Source: a virus
IMG/VR virus record: IMGVR_UViG_3300046170_000148
Coordinates: 80,193-144,192 of that record
DNA length: 64,000 bases
Strand: one strand, 5' to 3'
This document shows, piece after piece, positions 40,288 through 49,828 of the stretch. Numbering within the stretch: position 1 is the stretch's first letter; the number at the start of each line of letters is the position of its first letter. The translations under genes were made by a program, and so were the position numbers. The notes under the pieces are model-generated. The model saw nothing but the letters and a program-made list of their open reading frames with translations, was not told where the DNA came from and did no database searches.

Positions 40288-40862
40288 AGAGGATACCTGT
40301 CAGTCAGTATGTGAACCCTATCAACAGGACTTGCGTTTCTCACACCGTGTCTACCCACGATGTTATTGAGTTCGTATATCTTACCCTTTTCCAGATTCCA
40401 TGTTTCACCGCTGTGTCTGAACTTCACGTCAGGATGTGTAATCAAAGGAATGTGATACCTCTTGGTGCGTTGAAAGATTTTGAAGTCTGGTTTGTCGATG
40501 TGGTCTGGTATGATTTTACCTGACGGTAGGTTTACCAAGATACCTGTCACCATCTTGGCAGGGCCTTCTATCTCATCGAGGTATGCATATATTCTATCCA
40601 GTTCCTCTTTGTATTCTTCGTAAGGAGGAAATACTTTTATGTCATTGAACTCATCATCTTTGTCAGGGTCATACCCACTGATGTTATGACACCACTGAAA
40701 CGGGACAGCACGAGCATCTTTGTGAACACTCTTCTGTCGTTGTTTCCATTCATCCCACTCTTCGGGTGTAATGCGAGAGACCCGTTCTGCAAGTGCATCA
40801 ACGTTTATCTCACCCACTACACGGAGTGTCCAATCAGGTTTGGTTCTGTAAAGTTTAGGCAA
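40284..40862 (-). CDS. Asp/Asn beta-hydroxylase-like 2OG oxygenase
   Basis: [28 protein letters not shown]; start estimated. Confidence 0.8.
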   Translation of the reverse strand: MPKLYRTKPDWTLRVVGEINVDALAERVSRITPEEWDEWKQRQKSVHKDARAVPFQWCHNISGYDPDKDDEFNDIKVFPPYEEYKEELDRIYAYLDEIEGPAKMVTGILVNLPSGKIIPDHIDKPDFKIFQRTKRYHIPLITHPDVKFRHSGETWNLEKGKIYELNNIVGRHGVRNASPVDRVHILTDRYPL

Positions 40863-43315
40863 AGAACATATCCAACTGTGCTTTAGGTTCGGCAGACCAA
40901 CCAACCGCATCGAGGATTGGTTCGAGTGGGTCAAGGAAGGTCTTCTCGAACATTGTCTTATAGTCAATGTATTTATCCAGTGACAGTTCGCGAGGCAAGT
41001 TCACAGGATAAGAGATGACATTCTCCTTGATAGGATTGGGAGTCTTGAGATAGACGAACTTAATCTTCTCACCATTCTTGATAGTCTCATACCGCATACC
41101 TTTGGTGTGGTGATTGAACAACAACGCACCCCGCACATGGATAGGTGTCCCCTTCATGTAGATAGAGTCACGGTCTTTCCACTTGTTAACCGCACTGACC
41201 CCACGAGGGAACGATACATCCTCGGCGGGTAAGGCTGTTGAACTCACTGCGGAAGTTAGAGATAAACTTCTGTGTATCAACCTCAGTCCCCTCGATAATC
41301 ACACGGAAGATTTCTTTGAACTTATCGCGCACGACCATCGGGGTCGATGACTTGACCGCTTCGATACCCATCATCTTGAGTTTGGGTTGTGCATACTGCA
41401 CACCCTCAGAGTTGTGAACATTGAGAATGTATCGTTTCTTTGCAACCCAGATAGCACGGTCAGCAATCACCTCACGACCCATCTCCATACGATTGATGTA
41501 TGCGTTGGTATACTGTGCGAGTTCATCATAAGACTTCTCAAGAACCTTCTCAAAATGTTCACGACAAATCTTGTCAAGAAACTTCACAGGTTCTTTGGGG
41601 TCAAACTTCTTGACCAGTTTAGACATATTGATATAGAGCGAGTCAGTGTCAATGGCAATTACATAGTCATCATCGGTAGAAAGGAGATTATTCATTTCCG
41701 TGTTGACTGCGCGTTCTGCCCATTTGATTGACAACTGACCCGCAAGTGTGATGGACTCCGCGACCCTTTGGTCAAAGTAACGAAACCATCGATTACCCAA
41801 CGCACCATAGAGACTGTTCATGAGGATTTTAATAGCCATCTGTTGGTTGTCGAGTTGAGAGATTTTATTGGAGAGAGACTTGGTAGGTGTCTGTTCGTAT
41901 TCCTGTTGTGCCTCAAGCATCTCCTTCTTGATGACACGGCGTTCACTGTAATACTGACGAATGATACTAGGGATGACACCTTCCTTGTCGTGACGGAAAC
42001 GCACACCCGAAGGGGCAAGTGCATAGTTCTGGTCACGGGGAGTCTGTTGACGCAACATGCGTTCAACCGATGTGTCAGACAGACCATCAACCACAGTCTC
42101 AGGTGACATGTTGTATTGCACAATGATGTTCGGATACAGAGAGTTCAGGTCAAAGGATGTGACCCACTCGTGCGACCCGACTTGGGGGTCTTTTACATAC
42201 CCACCTTCATAGTCACCTTTGGACTTCTCAACCTTCGGGGGAACTGCGACCTTCTGTTGGTTCAACAGACGATACAGGATTGTATCCCAGATAGTTGTAG
42301 TCCCAAGCACGTCCTCATAGTTCACACCACCACGATAGGCCATCGTGAATGCGAGAGTGATGATACCCAACTTCTCTTCCAACTTGTCCACCAGTTCAAC
42401 GTCCTTGATGTTGTAGTCAATAAACTTCTGGTGGTCTTGCTTATAGAGAGTGTGGAGATTACCATACTCTTCATACGATAGTTTGCTCTCACCCAGAACA
42501 ACATTCGCAATGTGGTCGAGTCGATAGGACTCTTGTTGTCCAAGCGTGTTGTAGGTGAACTTACGAAACAAATCAAAGTAGTCAAGTTGTGCGATACCCA
42601 TCAAGTCATAAGTGTCAACATCATTCATGCCAAACTTGTTTGCACGAATTTTACGAGGCGATACCACACCCCACGGAGAGAACTTCTTGACCGACTCCTC
42701 ACCAATCACCTTGCGTGTGCGGTTGACCAGATACGGAATATCAAACTGTTTACTGTTCCAACCAGTCACAACATCAGGTGTCCCGTGGTTAGACCAGTAG
42801 TTCAGGAATGTGAGAAACAAGTCGAGTTCAGACTCACACTTGTTGTAGATAGTATCCTCACGAGGCTCATAGTCACCCAGACCCCACACACGATAGAAGT
42901 CTTCCTTAGATGACTTGGTGCAGATAGAGATGACAGGATAGTCTGCCTTGTCAGGTTCGGGGAATCCCTCATCAGATGCAACCTCGATATCGATTGTGGT
43001 AATCACAATCTGGTTCTGGTCAAACTTGATGTCAGACGGGAAAGTCTCGGCAATGAACTGCGAGACGAAGTTGTTCATCCCATACACATTCACAGTGGGG
43101 ACATGTTGATATTGTTTGATGAAGTCTGTCGCATCGCGCATCGAGTCAAAGGTCATAGGCGCAACAGGTTTACCTTCGAGTGTTCTCCATTCACTCTGAC
43201 CGTTGACAAACAATGTAGGTTTGAAAGGGATGCGTTTCTTGATGCGTTCTGCACCATCGTAACCGCGATACAGAATAGAGTTGCCGTATCGTTCTACGGA
43301 TGTATAAAATTTCAT
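40855..43315 (-). CDS. 43: Family B DNA polymerase (T4 gp43; joined across extra C near 41233)
   Basis: [31 protein letters not shown]. Confidence 0.97.
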
Positions 43316-43340
43316 ATTGTAGTCCTCATGATATAATTAC

Positions 43341-43369
43341 ATTATACACGAGTGAACGGCATTTGTCAA
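43341..43369 (-). promoter_or_regulatory. Consensus sigma70 promoter TTGACA-N17-TATAAT for gp43
   Basis: Read directly; overlaps stop at 43366. Confidence 0.9.
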
Positions 43370-44151
43370 TCAATAATTTTGAAATAAGGACTTCTATGCC
43401 AAGGTTTTTTGTAGAGCGTCTTAGATTTTGAACCATAGGTATGTTCTTGTGTAATACCAACCGACTTACTAATAACTTGCGTTGACGGAATTGTAAAACC
43501 ACTTCTGTGTTTCCACACTTTACCTATTCGGTGGTCAGGTCTAAGACTATTGTATATCAAATTTAAGTCACGCGAAGTTGTCCCATAATCAACATTATTA
43601 GAGTGGCCATGTGTCATGAATCGATATCGTTTATCAGAGGGATATCTATCCATATATGTCTTAACCAATCTCTCAACACAACCGAAAGGCCCACCATTGA
43701 GAGGAAACCCTTTGTTCGTTAGTAGGTCATATATTCCTAACGATGCTTCTTTTGAAAACGAGTAACATGACATGAATAGACCAAGATTAGAATAATCTAA
43801 ATCATGTTCTATCGTAAAGTCTAACATCTCTTTGAATCGGTCTTCGTCTAAGAGATATGCATCATGTTCCATTACAAAGAAACGCTCATCGGACTCTGCA
43901 CGTTTTCGTATCATTTCCCAATGAGAGATATCACCAGCTCTTTCAGATGAGGTAGATTCACTACCTACTTGCATCATTGTAAGAAGGGATTTCCAATTAA
44001 ACTTTGATTCTAGTTCACCTATCGTATCAGGTGTATAACACTGAACAAGTTCAATATCAAAGATATTTGTATTTTCCCAAGACTCTAGTGCAATCTCTGT
44101 ATAATTCATAGAAACAGGATTGTTGAAGTCACATAACATATACGCTTTCAT
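43366..44151 (-). CDS. Glycosyltransferase family 25-like protein
   Basis: E.A..ISHW and VMEHDA motifs. Confidence 0.55.
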   Translation of the reverse strand: MKAYMLCDFNNPVSMNYTEIALESWENTNIFDIELVQCYTPDTIGELESKFNWKSLLTMMQVGSESTSSERAGDISHWEMIRKRAESDERFFVMEHDAYLLDEDRFKEMLDFTIEHDLDYSNLGLFMSCYSFSKEASLGIYDLLTNKGFPLNGGPFGCVERLVKTYMDRYPSDKRYRFMTHGHSNNVDYGTTSRDLNLIYNSLRPDHRIGKVWKHRSGFTIPSTQVISKSVGITQEHTYGSKSKTLYKKPWHRSPYFKIID

Positions 44152-44160
44152 ACAAATATA

Positions 44161-44184
44161 TAGGGGGCAGTTTCCCGCCCCCTA
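44161..44184 (-). terminator. Terminator-like hairpin
   Basis: TAGGGGGCGG-GAAA-CTGCCCCCTA then TATTTGT. Confidence 0.7.
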
Positions 44185-44222
44185 CCTGATTTTATAACCA
44201 CGCAATAGTGATTTGTAGCTGA

Positions 44223-44303
44223 TTAGACCAACGCTGAAAGAACGATGCCCATCTCAGCAAACGCCACGGCAAGAATGCCGTAGAGAAAGTTTGAATGTGT
44301 CAT
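44223..44303 (-). CDS. 26-aa hydrophobic micropeptide downstream of hsp20
   Basis: GAGGAA RBS; MTHSNFLYGILAVAFAEMGIVLSALV. Confidence 0.6.
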   Translation of the reverse strand: MTHSNFLYGILAVAFAEMGIVLSALV

Positions 44304-44318
44304 TTTGATTTCCTCGTA

Positions 44319-44735
44319 TTAATCGATATTGATTTGACGAGGCTGCTTCTCTTTAGGGATTTCTAGCTTCAGATTTACTGCGAGAATACCATCCGTAAGA
44401 GAGGCTCCAGTTACTTCGACATACTCTGAGAGACGGAACTGACGTTTGAAGTTACGGGTGGAAATACCACGATGAATAACTTCTCGTCCTTTACTCTCAT
44501 ACTCACCTGTGATAGTGAGAGAACGTTCCTTCTGTTCTACATGGATATGGTCTTGAGTGAATCCTGCAACAGCAACTTCAATAGTGAACTCGTCATCCGA
44601 CTCTTTAATAATATTATGAGGTGGATAGTGGTCATTAGCGTGTTTTGTTGCATACTCTAGTTCATTGAACAAGTGGTCAAAACCAATGAATGCAGATTTA
44701 GGGAATAGTTGTTTACCTACTTTTAAATTAGTCAT
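44319..44735 (-). CDS. Small heat shock protein (Hsp20/IbpA-like)
   Basis: IGFDHLF, YPPHNI, VAVAGF, HRGIS.R.F. Confidence 0.95.
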   Translation of the reverse strand: MTNLKVGKQLFPKSAFIGFDHLFNELEYATKHANDHYPPHNIIKESDDEFTIEVAVAGFTQDHIHVEQKERSLTITGEYESKGREVIHRGISTRNFKRQFRLSEYVEVTGASLTDGILAVNLKLEIPKEKQPRQINID

Positions 44736-44796
44736 GTCTGTTATCTCCTATTTAATTAGCAAGACATATAAGAAGACCCGTTATCGGCATCTTCAT
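44733..44796 (-). promoter_or_regulatory. ROSE-like RNA thermometer in the hsp20 5'UTR
   Basis: UCUUGCUA pairs with UAGGAGA (SD); upstream hairpin GAAGAUGCC/GGGUCUUC. Confidence 0.6.
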
Positions 44797-44839
44797 TACT
44801 ATATATAAGAACTCTGTCCCTGAATGTCAAGGGGTAGTC

Positions 44840-45430
44840 TTAAATAAATGTTGAGGGGTTGCAATCGGAGTCACTCTCAAAGCCAAATGAGAATGTGACT
44901 CGTGAAGCGACAGGTGTGAGTTGATGCCAAGTGTTTCTAGGAATCCAAACGGCATCGCCAGGTTTCATTATTCTGTCTTCATCATTTTCTGTTCGTTTTT
45001 CGGTATATCCAATGCGAATAGGTGTATCACCTATCACCTGAACAAGGAATACGTCCATACTATCCTTATGACGAGGATATGACCCTGTGTATTGACCAAA
45101 CCCACAGAAGGCAATGTTAGTAATCTGCGGCGGGCCTTTTTCATATTCAGATTGACTTTTGGTGGGCGCTCTAGATACGAAGAAGTCTTCCATATCCTTA
45201 AAAATATCTTTAGCGAATTGTGGCGCAGACGGTCTTCTATGAAACGAGTTCATACCAAGACGTTGTTTATCCCTGTTCCAATCATACTCATCATTAGGGT
45301 GAGTATCAACTAGGTGCATAATATCATTCCAAGAATACCTTTCGGTATCAACAGTTGTCCACCAATGACGTTTGTCACGAATTTTTTCAATGTGAGACTC
45401 GAAGTCTATTTGTTTCCATTGTTGTGTCAT
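44840..45430 (-). CDS. JmjC/cupin oxygenase
   Basis: HKDSMDVFLVQV.G, PGDAVWIP..TWH. Confidence 0.8.
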   Translation of the reverse strand: MTQQWKQIDFESHIEKIRDKRHWWTTVDTERYSWNDIMHLVDTHPNDEYDWNRDKQRLGMNSFHRRPSAPQFAKDIFKDMEDFFVSRAPTKSQSEYEKGPPQITNIAFCGFGQYTGSYPRHKDSMDVFLVQVIGDTPIRIGYTEKRTENDEDRIMKPGDAVWIPRNTWHQLTPVASRVTFSFGFESDSDCNPSTFI

Positions 45431-45439
45431 TTTATTTAA

Positions 45440-45934
45440 TCAGTGGTTACTCCTCAGAAACACGTTATCAGACCGATAGAAACTCATAGATAGTCTCTCA
45501 TCTGTTAGAGGATTTACTTTATGTGTTTTGAAAGCTGGAACATATAAAACATCACCAACATCAAGTTCGAATCGATTATTGCCTTCGATAATCCATTCAG
45601 TTTTTCCTACGAGATTAACACAACAAATTTCCATCGGGTCTGCATGTTCATGTAAACCAGTTCGGGTATAGTCATCCATTGATATGAAGACTGTCGCTTC
45701 TTCCATATTATAACGGTTCATCAATTCGTCAACTATATCAGGTCTATCTTCAGTCAGATTATACAAATAAGCAGAAATAACTTTTACCTTTCTATTGCCA
45801 GCAACATTACTAAGCTTAAAATCTCCCTTTGTTGATAAAATATCCTCGATATAATATTCAGGCAAATCAAGATGTTCGACAATAAAAGGTTCGTCTATTT
45901 GTTCCCGATGTTGTATTTGGGACAGAGTTCCCAT
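45440..45934 (-). CDS. JmjC/cupin oxygenase
   Basis: HADP..VNLVGKTEW, GDVLYVP..HKV..RLSMSF. Confidence 0.75.
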   Translation of the reverse strand: MGTLSQIQHREQIDEPFIVEHLDLPEYYIEDILSTKGDFKLSNVAGNRKVKVISAYLYNLTEDRPDIVDELMNRYNMEEATVFISMDDYTRTGLHEHADPMEICCVNLVGKTEWIIEGNNRFELDVGDVLYVPAFKTHKVNPLTDERLSMSFYRSDNVFLRSNH

Positions 45935-46306
45935 TGGTCTTTTTCCTTGTATCCGATAATCTTGATTTGACGTAACGGGGCGCAATCTTGTGCGACCTCG
46001 TTATTCTGAATCTCAACCAGACCCCAGTCTGATAACAGAGTTGCAATCGTATTGCGGCGTTCTACATCTGTTTGTTCGAGGTTGGCCTTTCTTACCGTCA
46101 AGCATGAACAACTCTTTGAAGTGAACGATATAGTATCGTCCTTGTTTATGCAGGATATGACATGATTGGAATAGTTTGTTTTCGCGTCTGGATGCGACAC
46201 CTATGCGTGTCAGGGTTTCGCGAACTTTGAGGAAGTCATCGGGTTCTGCCAGAGTAATCTCCAACATGTTCACAGGACTCCATGATACTAAGTTACTTTC
46301 TTCCAC
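45895..46306 (-). CDS. regA: Translational repressor RegA (joined across extra A near 46088)
   Basis: DDFLKVRETLTRIGVAS, QSCHILHKQGRYYIVHFKELF, KYNIG. Confidence 0.95.
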
Positions 46307-46661
46307 CTTTACTCACCTTTTCTTTTAATTTTTGTAGTTGAGTAGGTGAGAGGATGGCGAGAGCTTGTTGTGCTTTCTCATTACTGTATCCATAATACTC
46401 TTTCACCACATCAACGTCATTATGTGTTTCGGGTTTTGCCCATTTAGAGAAACGTTTCCGTTTCCTAACCATATTTATAAGAAATTGATATTGTAGACGG
46501 TTGTCTAGGTGGTGATACCGATTCATCTCATTTGCGAGAACAACGGTGTCAGAGAAGTAGGAAAGACTGCGATTGACCATAAAACCATTGTAGGTCTTCT
46601 CGTCTTCCATCACATCTTTCTTAGAGTAGTTTATAGAGGTTACATAATCAAAGGGGTTCAT
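46293..46661 (-). CDS. 62: Clamp loader small subunit (gp62)
   Basis: NRSLSY, RKRKRFSKW, KEYYGYS; synteny. Confidence 0.9.
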   Translation of the reverse strand: MNPFDYVTSINYSKKDVMEDEKTYNGFMVNRSLSYFSDTVVLANEMNRYHHLDNRLQYQFLINMVRKRKRFSKWAKPETHNDVDVVKEYYGYSNEKAQQALAILSPTQLQKLKEKVSKGGRK

Positions 46662-47102
46662 TCAAATCTCCAGTTGTTCAAGTAGTATATCACATTGTTT
46701 AAGGAAAGTCAATCCTTTGTTGTCTCGATATCCATGTCCGTATACAACTCTGGATATACCGGCTTGATAGATAAGTTTTGCACAGTGGATGCAAGGGGCG
46801 CATGTTGTGTAGAGCGTTGAACCCTCCGCCGACTCTGATGACTTCGCAACTTTTGCAATCGCATTTGTCTCCGCATGAAGAACCTCTTCTTTAGTTATAG
46901 GCATATTACCATACTCATCGGTGGTCTCACATTTGTTTGTCCAACCCGAAGGCATACCATTATACCCAATGGAAATTATTCGATTATCTTTTACTAATAC
47001 TGCTCCGACTTGGAGTCTTTTTGCGGAAGATAGTTTACCATATACTTCCGCGACCTTCATGTGTGATTTGTCCCACTTATCCAAAGAGTGTATCCTTTTC
47101 AT
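46662..47102 (-). CDS. dCMP deaminase
   Basis: GYNG, HAETNAI, PCIHC. Confidence 0.9.
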   Translation of the reverse strand: MKRIHSLDKWDKSHMKVAEVYGKLSSAKRLQVGAVLVKDNRIISIGYNGMPSGWTNKCETTDEYGNMPITKEEVLHAETNAIAKVAKSSESAEGSTLYTTCAPCIHCAKLIYQAGISRVVYGHGYRDNKGLTFLKQCDILLEQLEI

Positions 47103-47316
47103 AATCTTCGCGGAAATCAAATTCCATTTGAACTGGTATCCATTCACCATCTATGTTTACAACATTCATAATTTCATGTTGTGGTTCTTCTTTATATGGC
47201 GCAACTAATACAACAAAATCTCCAGTTTCTTTACAAATTCTGTTTCCGAAATCATCATATTCCCATGAACGTTCCTCTGGAATATGGTCGTGTTTGCCTG
47301 GCTTTATATATTTCAT
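47077..47316 (-). CDS. Hypothetical protein
   Basis: GGGGG RBS; 79 aa. Confidence 0.55.
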   Translation of the reverse strand: MKYIKPGKHDHIPEERSWEYDDFGNRICKETGDFVVLVAPYKEEPQHEIMNVVNIDGEWIPVQMEFDFREDYEKDTLFG

Positions 47317-47318
47317 AT

Positions 47319-47519
47319 TTACCCCCAATGTCTGATTACGCCTGCGATAATGAAAAAGCAAGTCAACCAATTGACTAACTGAAGCACTACCTTTATATAT
47401 AATCCTCGTCTCGCCTGCCGCATAGTTAGGACAGGAACTTTTGGTTCGTCTTCATCCGTCCTACCAATATGATAGTCAAGTGACCGAGCGAGTATCTTTT
47501 CCCAAGTCTTGTATTCCAT
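47319..47519 (-). CDS. Small membrane protein
   Basis: C-terminal TM ending IAGVIRHW. Confidence 0.65.
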   Translation of the reverse strand: MEYKTWEKILARSLDYHIGRTDEDEPKVPVLTMRQARRGLYIKVVLQLVNWLTCFFIIAGVIRHWG

Positions 47520-47878
47520 TACCTAACCCACTTCTGCCAAATCATCTTCAACGATGACTTGAGTGTTCTGTCACCATAGGTGCAAGTAATCTTTTTCATC
47601 GGAGAGCGTGTCATCCAAGACAATAGGAAGACAGGGAGAGTGAACCCACCGTCCCAGTGGTATGCGACATACGGGATTCTATGACTCATGTAACCACTCA
47701 CCAGACCCGCCGAGATGCATCCTATCTTGATGCCTTTGAACTTAGACCTACGATAATACGAGTTGAGATACCATCCCTGTTCACGCCATTTTGTTCTGAC
47801 GATACTACAGGGATGCACTTCATTATACTTACCTTTTGGTGTATGCTCAGAGGTAAAGAAGTAGTATCTCTCAATCAT
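47519..47878 (-). CDS. Hypothetical protein
   Basis: Coupled ORF starting MIERYY. Confidence 0.55.
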   Translation of the reverse strand: MIERYYFFTSEHTPKGKYNEVHPCSIVRTKWREQGWYLNSYYRRSKFKGIKIGCISAGLVSGYMSHRIPYVAYHWDGGFTLPVFLLSWMTRSPMKKITCTYGDRTLKSSLKMIWQKWVR

Positions 47879-47946
47879 TATTCGGAATCCATCCACAACC
47901 CAAACAACACTACAGAGAAGAAACCAATTACTACTAACCACCCCAT
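47878..47946 (-). CDS. 22-aa hydrophobic micropeptide
   Basis: MGWLVVIGFFSVVLFGLWMDSE; AGGA RBS; TAATG-coupled. Confidence 0.5.
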   Translation of the reverse strand: MGWLVVIGFFSVVLFGLWMDSE

Positions 47947-48005
47947 AACGAGATAATTCCTACACCGAAAAAGATTACCCAGAATGTTATTGCTTCTTTA
48001 TTCAT
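47934..48005 (-). CDS. 23-aa hydrophobic micropeptide
   Basis: MNKEAITFWVIFFGVGIISLWGG; overlaps upstream stop. Confidence 0.5.
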   Translation of the reverse strand: MNKEAITFWVIFFGVGIISLWGG

Positions 48006-48291
48006 GTTCACCATCCGTGCGGCCGCGCAAGTTAGTGAATGCATTAGGCGTTCTCTGAGCCTCTGCATAAGTGCCGACCGTAACAGCTAGTGCTGCTAAG
48101 ATTGCAATGTGACCAACAGCAGAAGCTAGAAAGCCAGTCCAACTACCAATCATAATACTGAAAGCGACGACCCACATCCATGCTAAGATTTGTAGAATCA
48201 TATGTCGTGTATTGACATCGGGGATATTTTTAAGTGGACTCATATCGTGACTAAAGATATAGTTCCAACTATCATGAATATACTTTTGCAT
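47998..48291 (-). CDS. Two-TM membrane protein
   Basis: PLKNIPD..RHMILQILAWMW; GGAGG RBS. Confidence 0.7.
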   Translation of the reverse strand: MQKYIHDSWNYIFSHDMSPLKNIPDVNTRHMILQILAWMWVVAFSIMIGSWTGFLASAVGHIAILAALAVTVGTYAEAQRTPNAFTNLRGRTDGEHE

Positions 48292-48539
48292 TATAGTTCC
48301 TCCACTTTCATCCATTCTTCGCCATCATCATGAGTTTCTTCGTCATAGATATCATATTCTAAATCGTCGAACATCTCACGGATAAGGTCATGTGTCTCAT
48401 TATCAACACCAAAGTCGGGGTCTTCGATAAACTTCAAAATCTGTTCAGCAGTTAGTTCCCACTCATCGAGAATCTCTTGACTGATATCAAACTCTTTTAC
48501 AACATATTCTTTTATAAATTCGGTTTTTCTAATTTGCAT
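48291..48539 (-). CDS. Acidic hypothetical protein
   Basis: Coupled ORF. Confidence 0.6.
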   Translation of the reverse strand: MQIRKTEFIKEYVVKEFDISQEILDEWELTAEQILKFIEDPDFGVDNETHDLIREMFDDLEYDIYDEETHDDGEEWMKVEEL

Positions 48540-49477
48540 TATACATACTCCACATTTGCCATACACTCTGTAAGGCAGGCTACTAAGTTCAGTTCGTGGT
48601 CTGCAACAAACGCATTCTTGTATTGGTAATCAGCAAGAATGAGAATGAGTTGCGGAACACTCTCTGGTTTCACATGACCTTCCACACTGTCATATACACC
48701 ACGGAAGATTGATGCGGGTTCAAGGTCGATATTGTTTACGACCCACTGACGCATCTTCTTGAAGTCTTTATCCTTCAAATGTTTATACAGGTCACTGTAT
48801 TTACTGTTGTCCTCAACGATAACCTCAGTAGTGATACTACCACCGATACTGCCTCGTTGCAGTTCGTTCAGTCCCCTACGAAAGTCAGGGAAGTGTTTCA
48901 TCACCAGATTAGCAACGACCTTACCATTGAACTCAACATCCTCTTTGACGAGGATGTCACGACACCGTTGGAAGAACTGTTGTCCCAGTGTCGCACGGTC
49001 TTGATTGGTTTTGACGTTGAACTCATACACACCGCACCGTGAGTGTAGGGGTTCGATGACACGGTTCTTGAAGTTACATGTCAGAATGAACCGACAGTTC
49101 TGTGAGAACTCTTCGATGAACCCACGCAGGGCTGGTTGTGTAGATTGGGGATTGAGGTAGTCTGCCTCGTCAAGGATAACAACTTTGTATCCACCTGACA
49201 GAGAGACAGATGATGCGAACTGTTTAATCTTACCACGCAGGGTGTCGATATTACCTTCTTCCGAACCATTGATTACAATATAATCCAGACCCAGTTCATT
49301 ACAGATTGCACGAGCAACCGTGGTCTTACCCAGACCAGCAGTCCCCGTGAATAACATGTTGGGTATCTCACCAGAGTCAACAATCTTCTGAAAGGTCTCT
49401 TTCAGTTCACTTGGTAGGATAGTTTCTTGGACGGTTTTAGGGCGATACTTCTCGACCCAGAGGAATTCATTACTCAT
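48539..49477 (-). CDS. 44: Clamp loader large subunit (gp44)
   Basis: LWVEKYRP, GTAGLGKTT, DEAD, SRC. Confidence 0.95.
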   Translation of the reverse strand: MSNEFLWVEKYRPKTVQETILPSELKETFQKIVDSGEIPNMLFTGTAGLGKTTVARAICNELGLDYIVINGSEEGNIDTLRGKIKQFASSVSLSGGYKVVILDEADYLNPQSTQPALRGFIEEFSQNCRFILTCNFKNRVIEPLHSRCGVYEFNVKTNQDRATLGQQFFQRCRDILVKEDVEFNGKVVANLVMKHFPDFRRGLNELQRGSIGGSITTEVIVEDNSKYSDLYKHLKDKDFKKMRQWVVNNIDLEPASIFRGVYDSVEGHVKPESVPQLILILADYQYKNAFVADHELNLVACLTECMANVEYV

Positions 49478-49499
49478 ACTTTCTCCATAATAAAAAACA

Positions 49500-49528
49500 A
49501 TAGTAACACATTATAATGTGTTTGTCAA
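49500..49528 (-). promoter_or_regulatory. Sigma70 promoter TTGACA-N17-TACTAT
   Basis: Read directly. Confidence 0.8.
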
Positions 49529-49529
49529 G

Positions 49530-49602
49530 AAAAAAGTGGAGTGAGCGGAAAGGAGACGCTCACTCCACCCCATAAGTCGGCGGAAAGGAGACGCCTAGAC
49601 TT
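49530..49602 (-). ncRNA. Candidate twin-hairpin RNA with identical UCUCCUUUC loops; distal hairpin doubles as terminator
   Basis: GCGGAAAGGAGACGC repeated at 49545-49559 and 49580-49594; 12-bp perfect stem followed by U6. Confidence 0.55.
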
Positions 49603-49828
49603 ATTCTTCGTCTTCATCCAAACTCTGAGAAGATTGATACTCCTCACAGATTTGAACGATTTGCACCGCTTGGTCACGCAACTGGCCAATGGTCGAAAGT
49701 TCTTCACCTTTGAAACCGCCGCGCTGAACGACAGTATCAACCACGGCGACAGTAGAACGAGCGACACGATTACCAAGTTCGTAAATTGCGGTATGGTCTT
49801 CTTGCGGTGTTTTATCTTTTGCCATCAT
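49601..49828 (-). CDS. Small conserved hypothetical protein
   Basis: RSTVAVVD..VQRGGFKGEELSTIGQLRD. Confidence 0.75.
   Translation of the reverse strand: MMAKDKTPQEDHTAIYELGNRVARSTVAVVDTVVQRGGFKGEELSTIGQLRDQAVQIVQICEEYQSSQSLDEDEE

Noticed and set aside
5163-43315. Inteins or group I introns in nrdA, nrdB, gp41, thyX or gp43
   Set aside because: Protein lengths and motif spacing are normal; the only insertion is the Grx domain in NrdA.
49525-49776. 83-aa alternative-frame ORF across the twin hairpin
   Set aside because: Overlaps the better-supported 49601..49828 gene and runs through a terminator.
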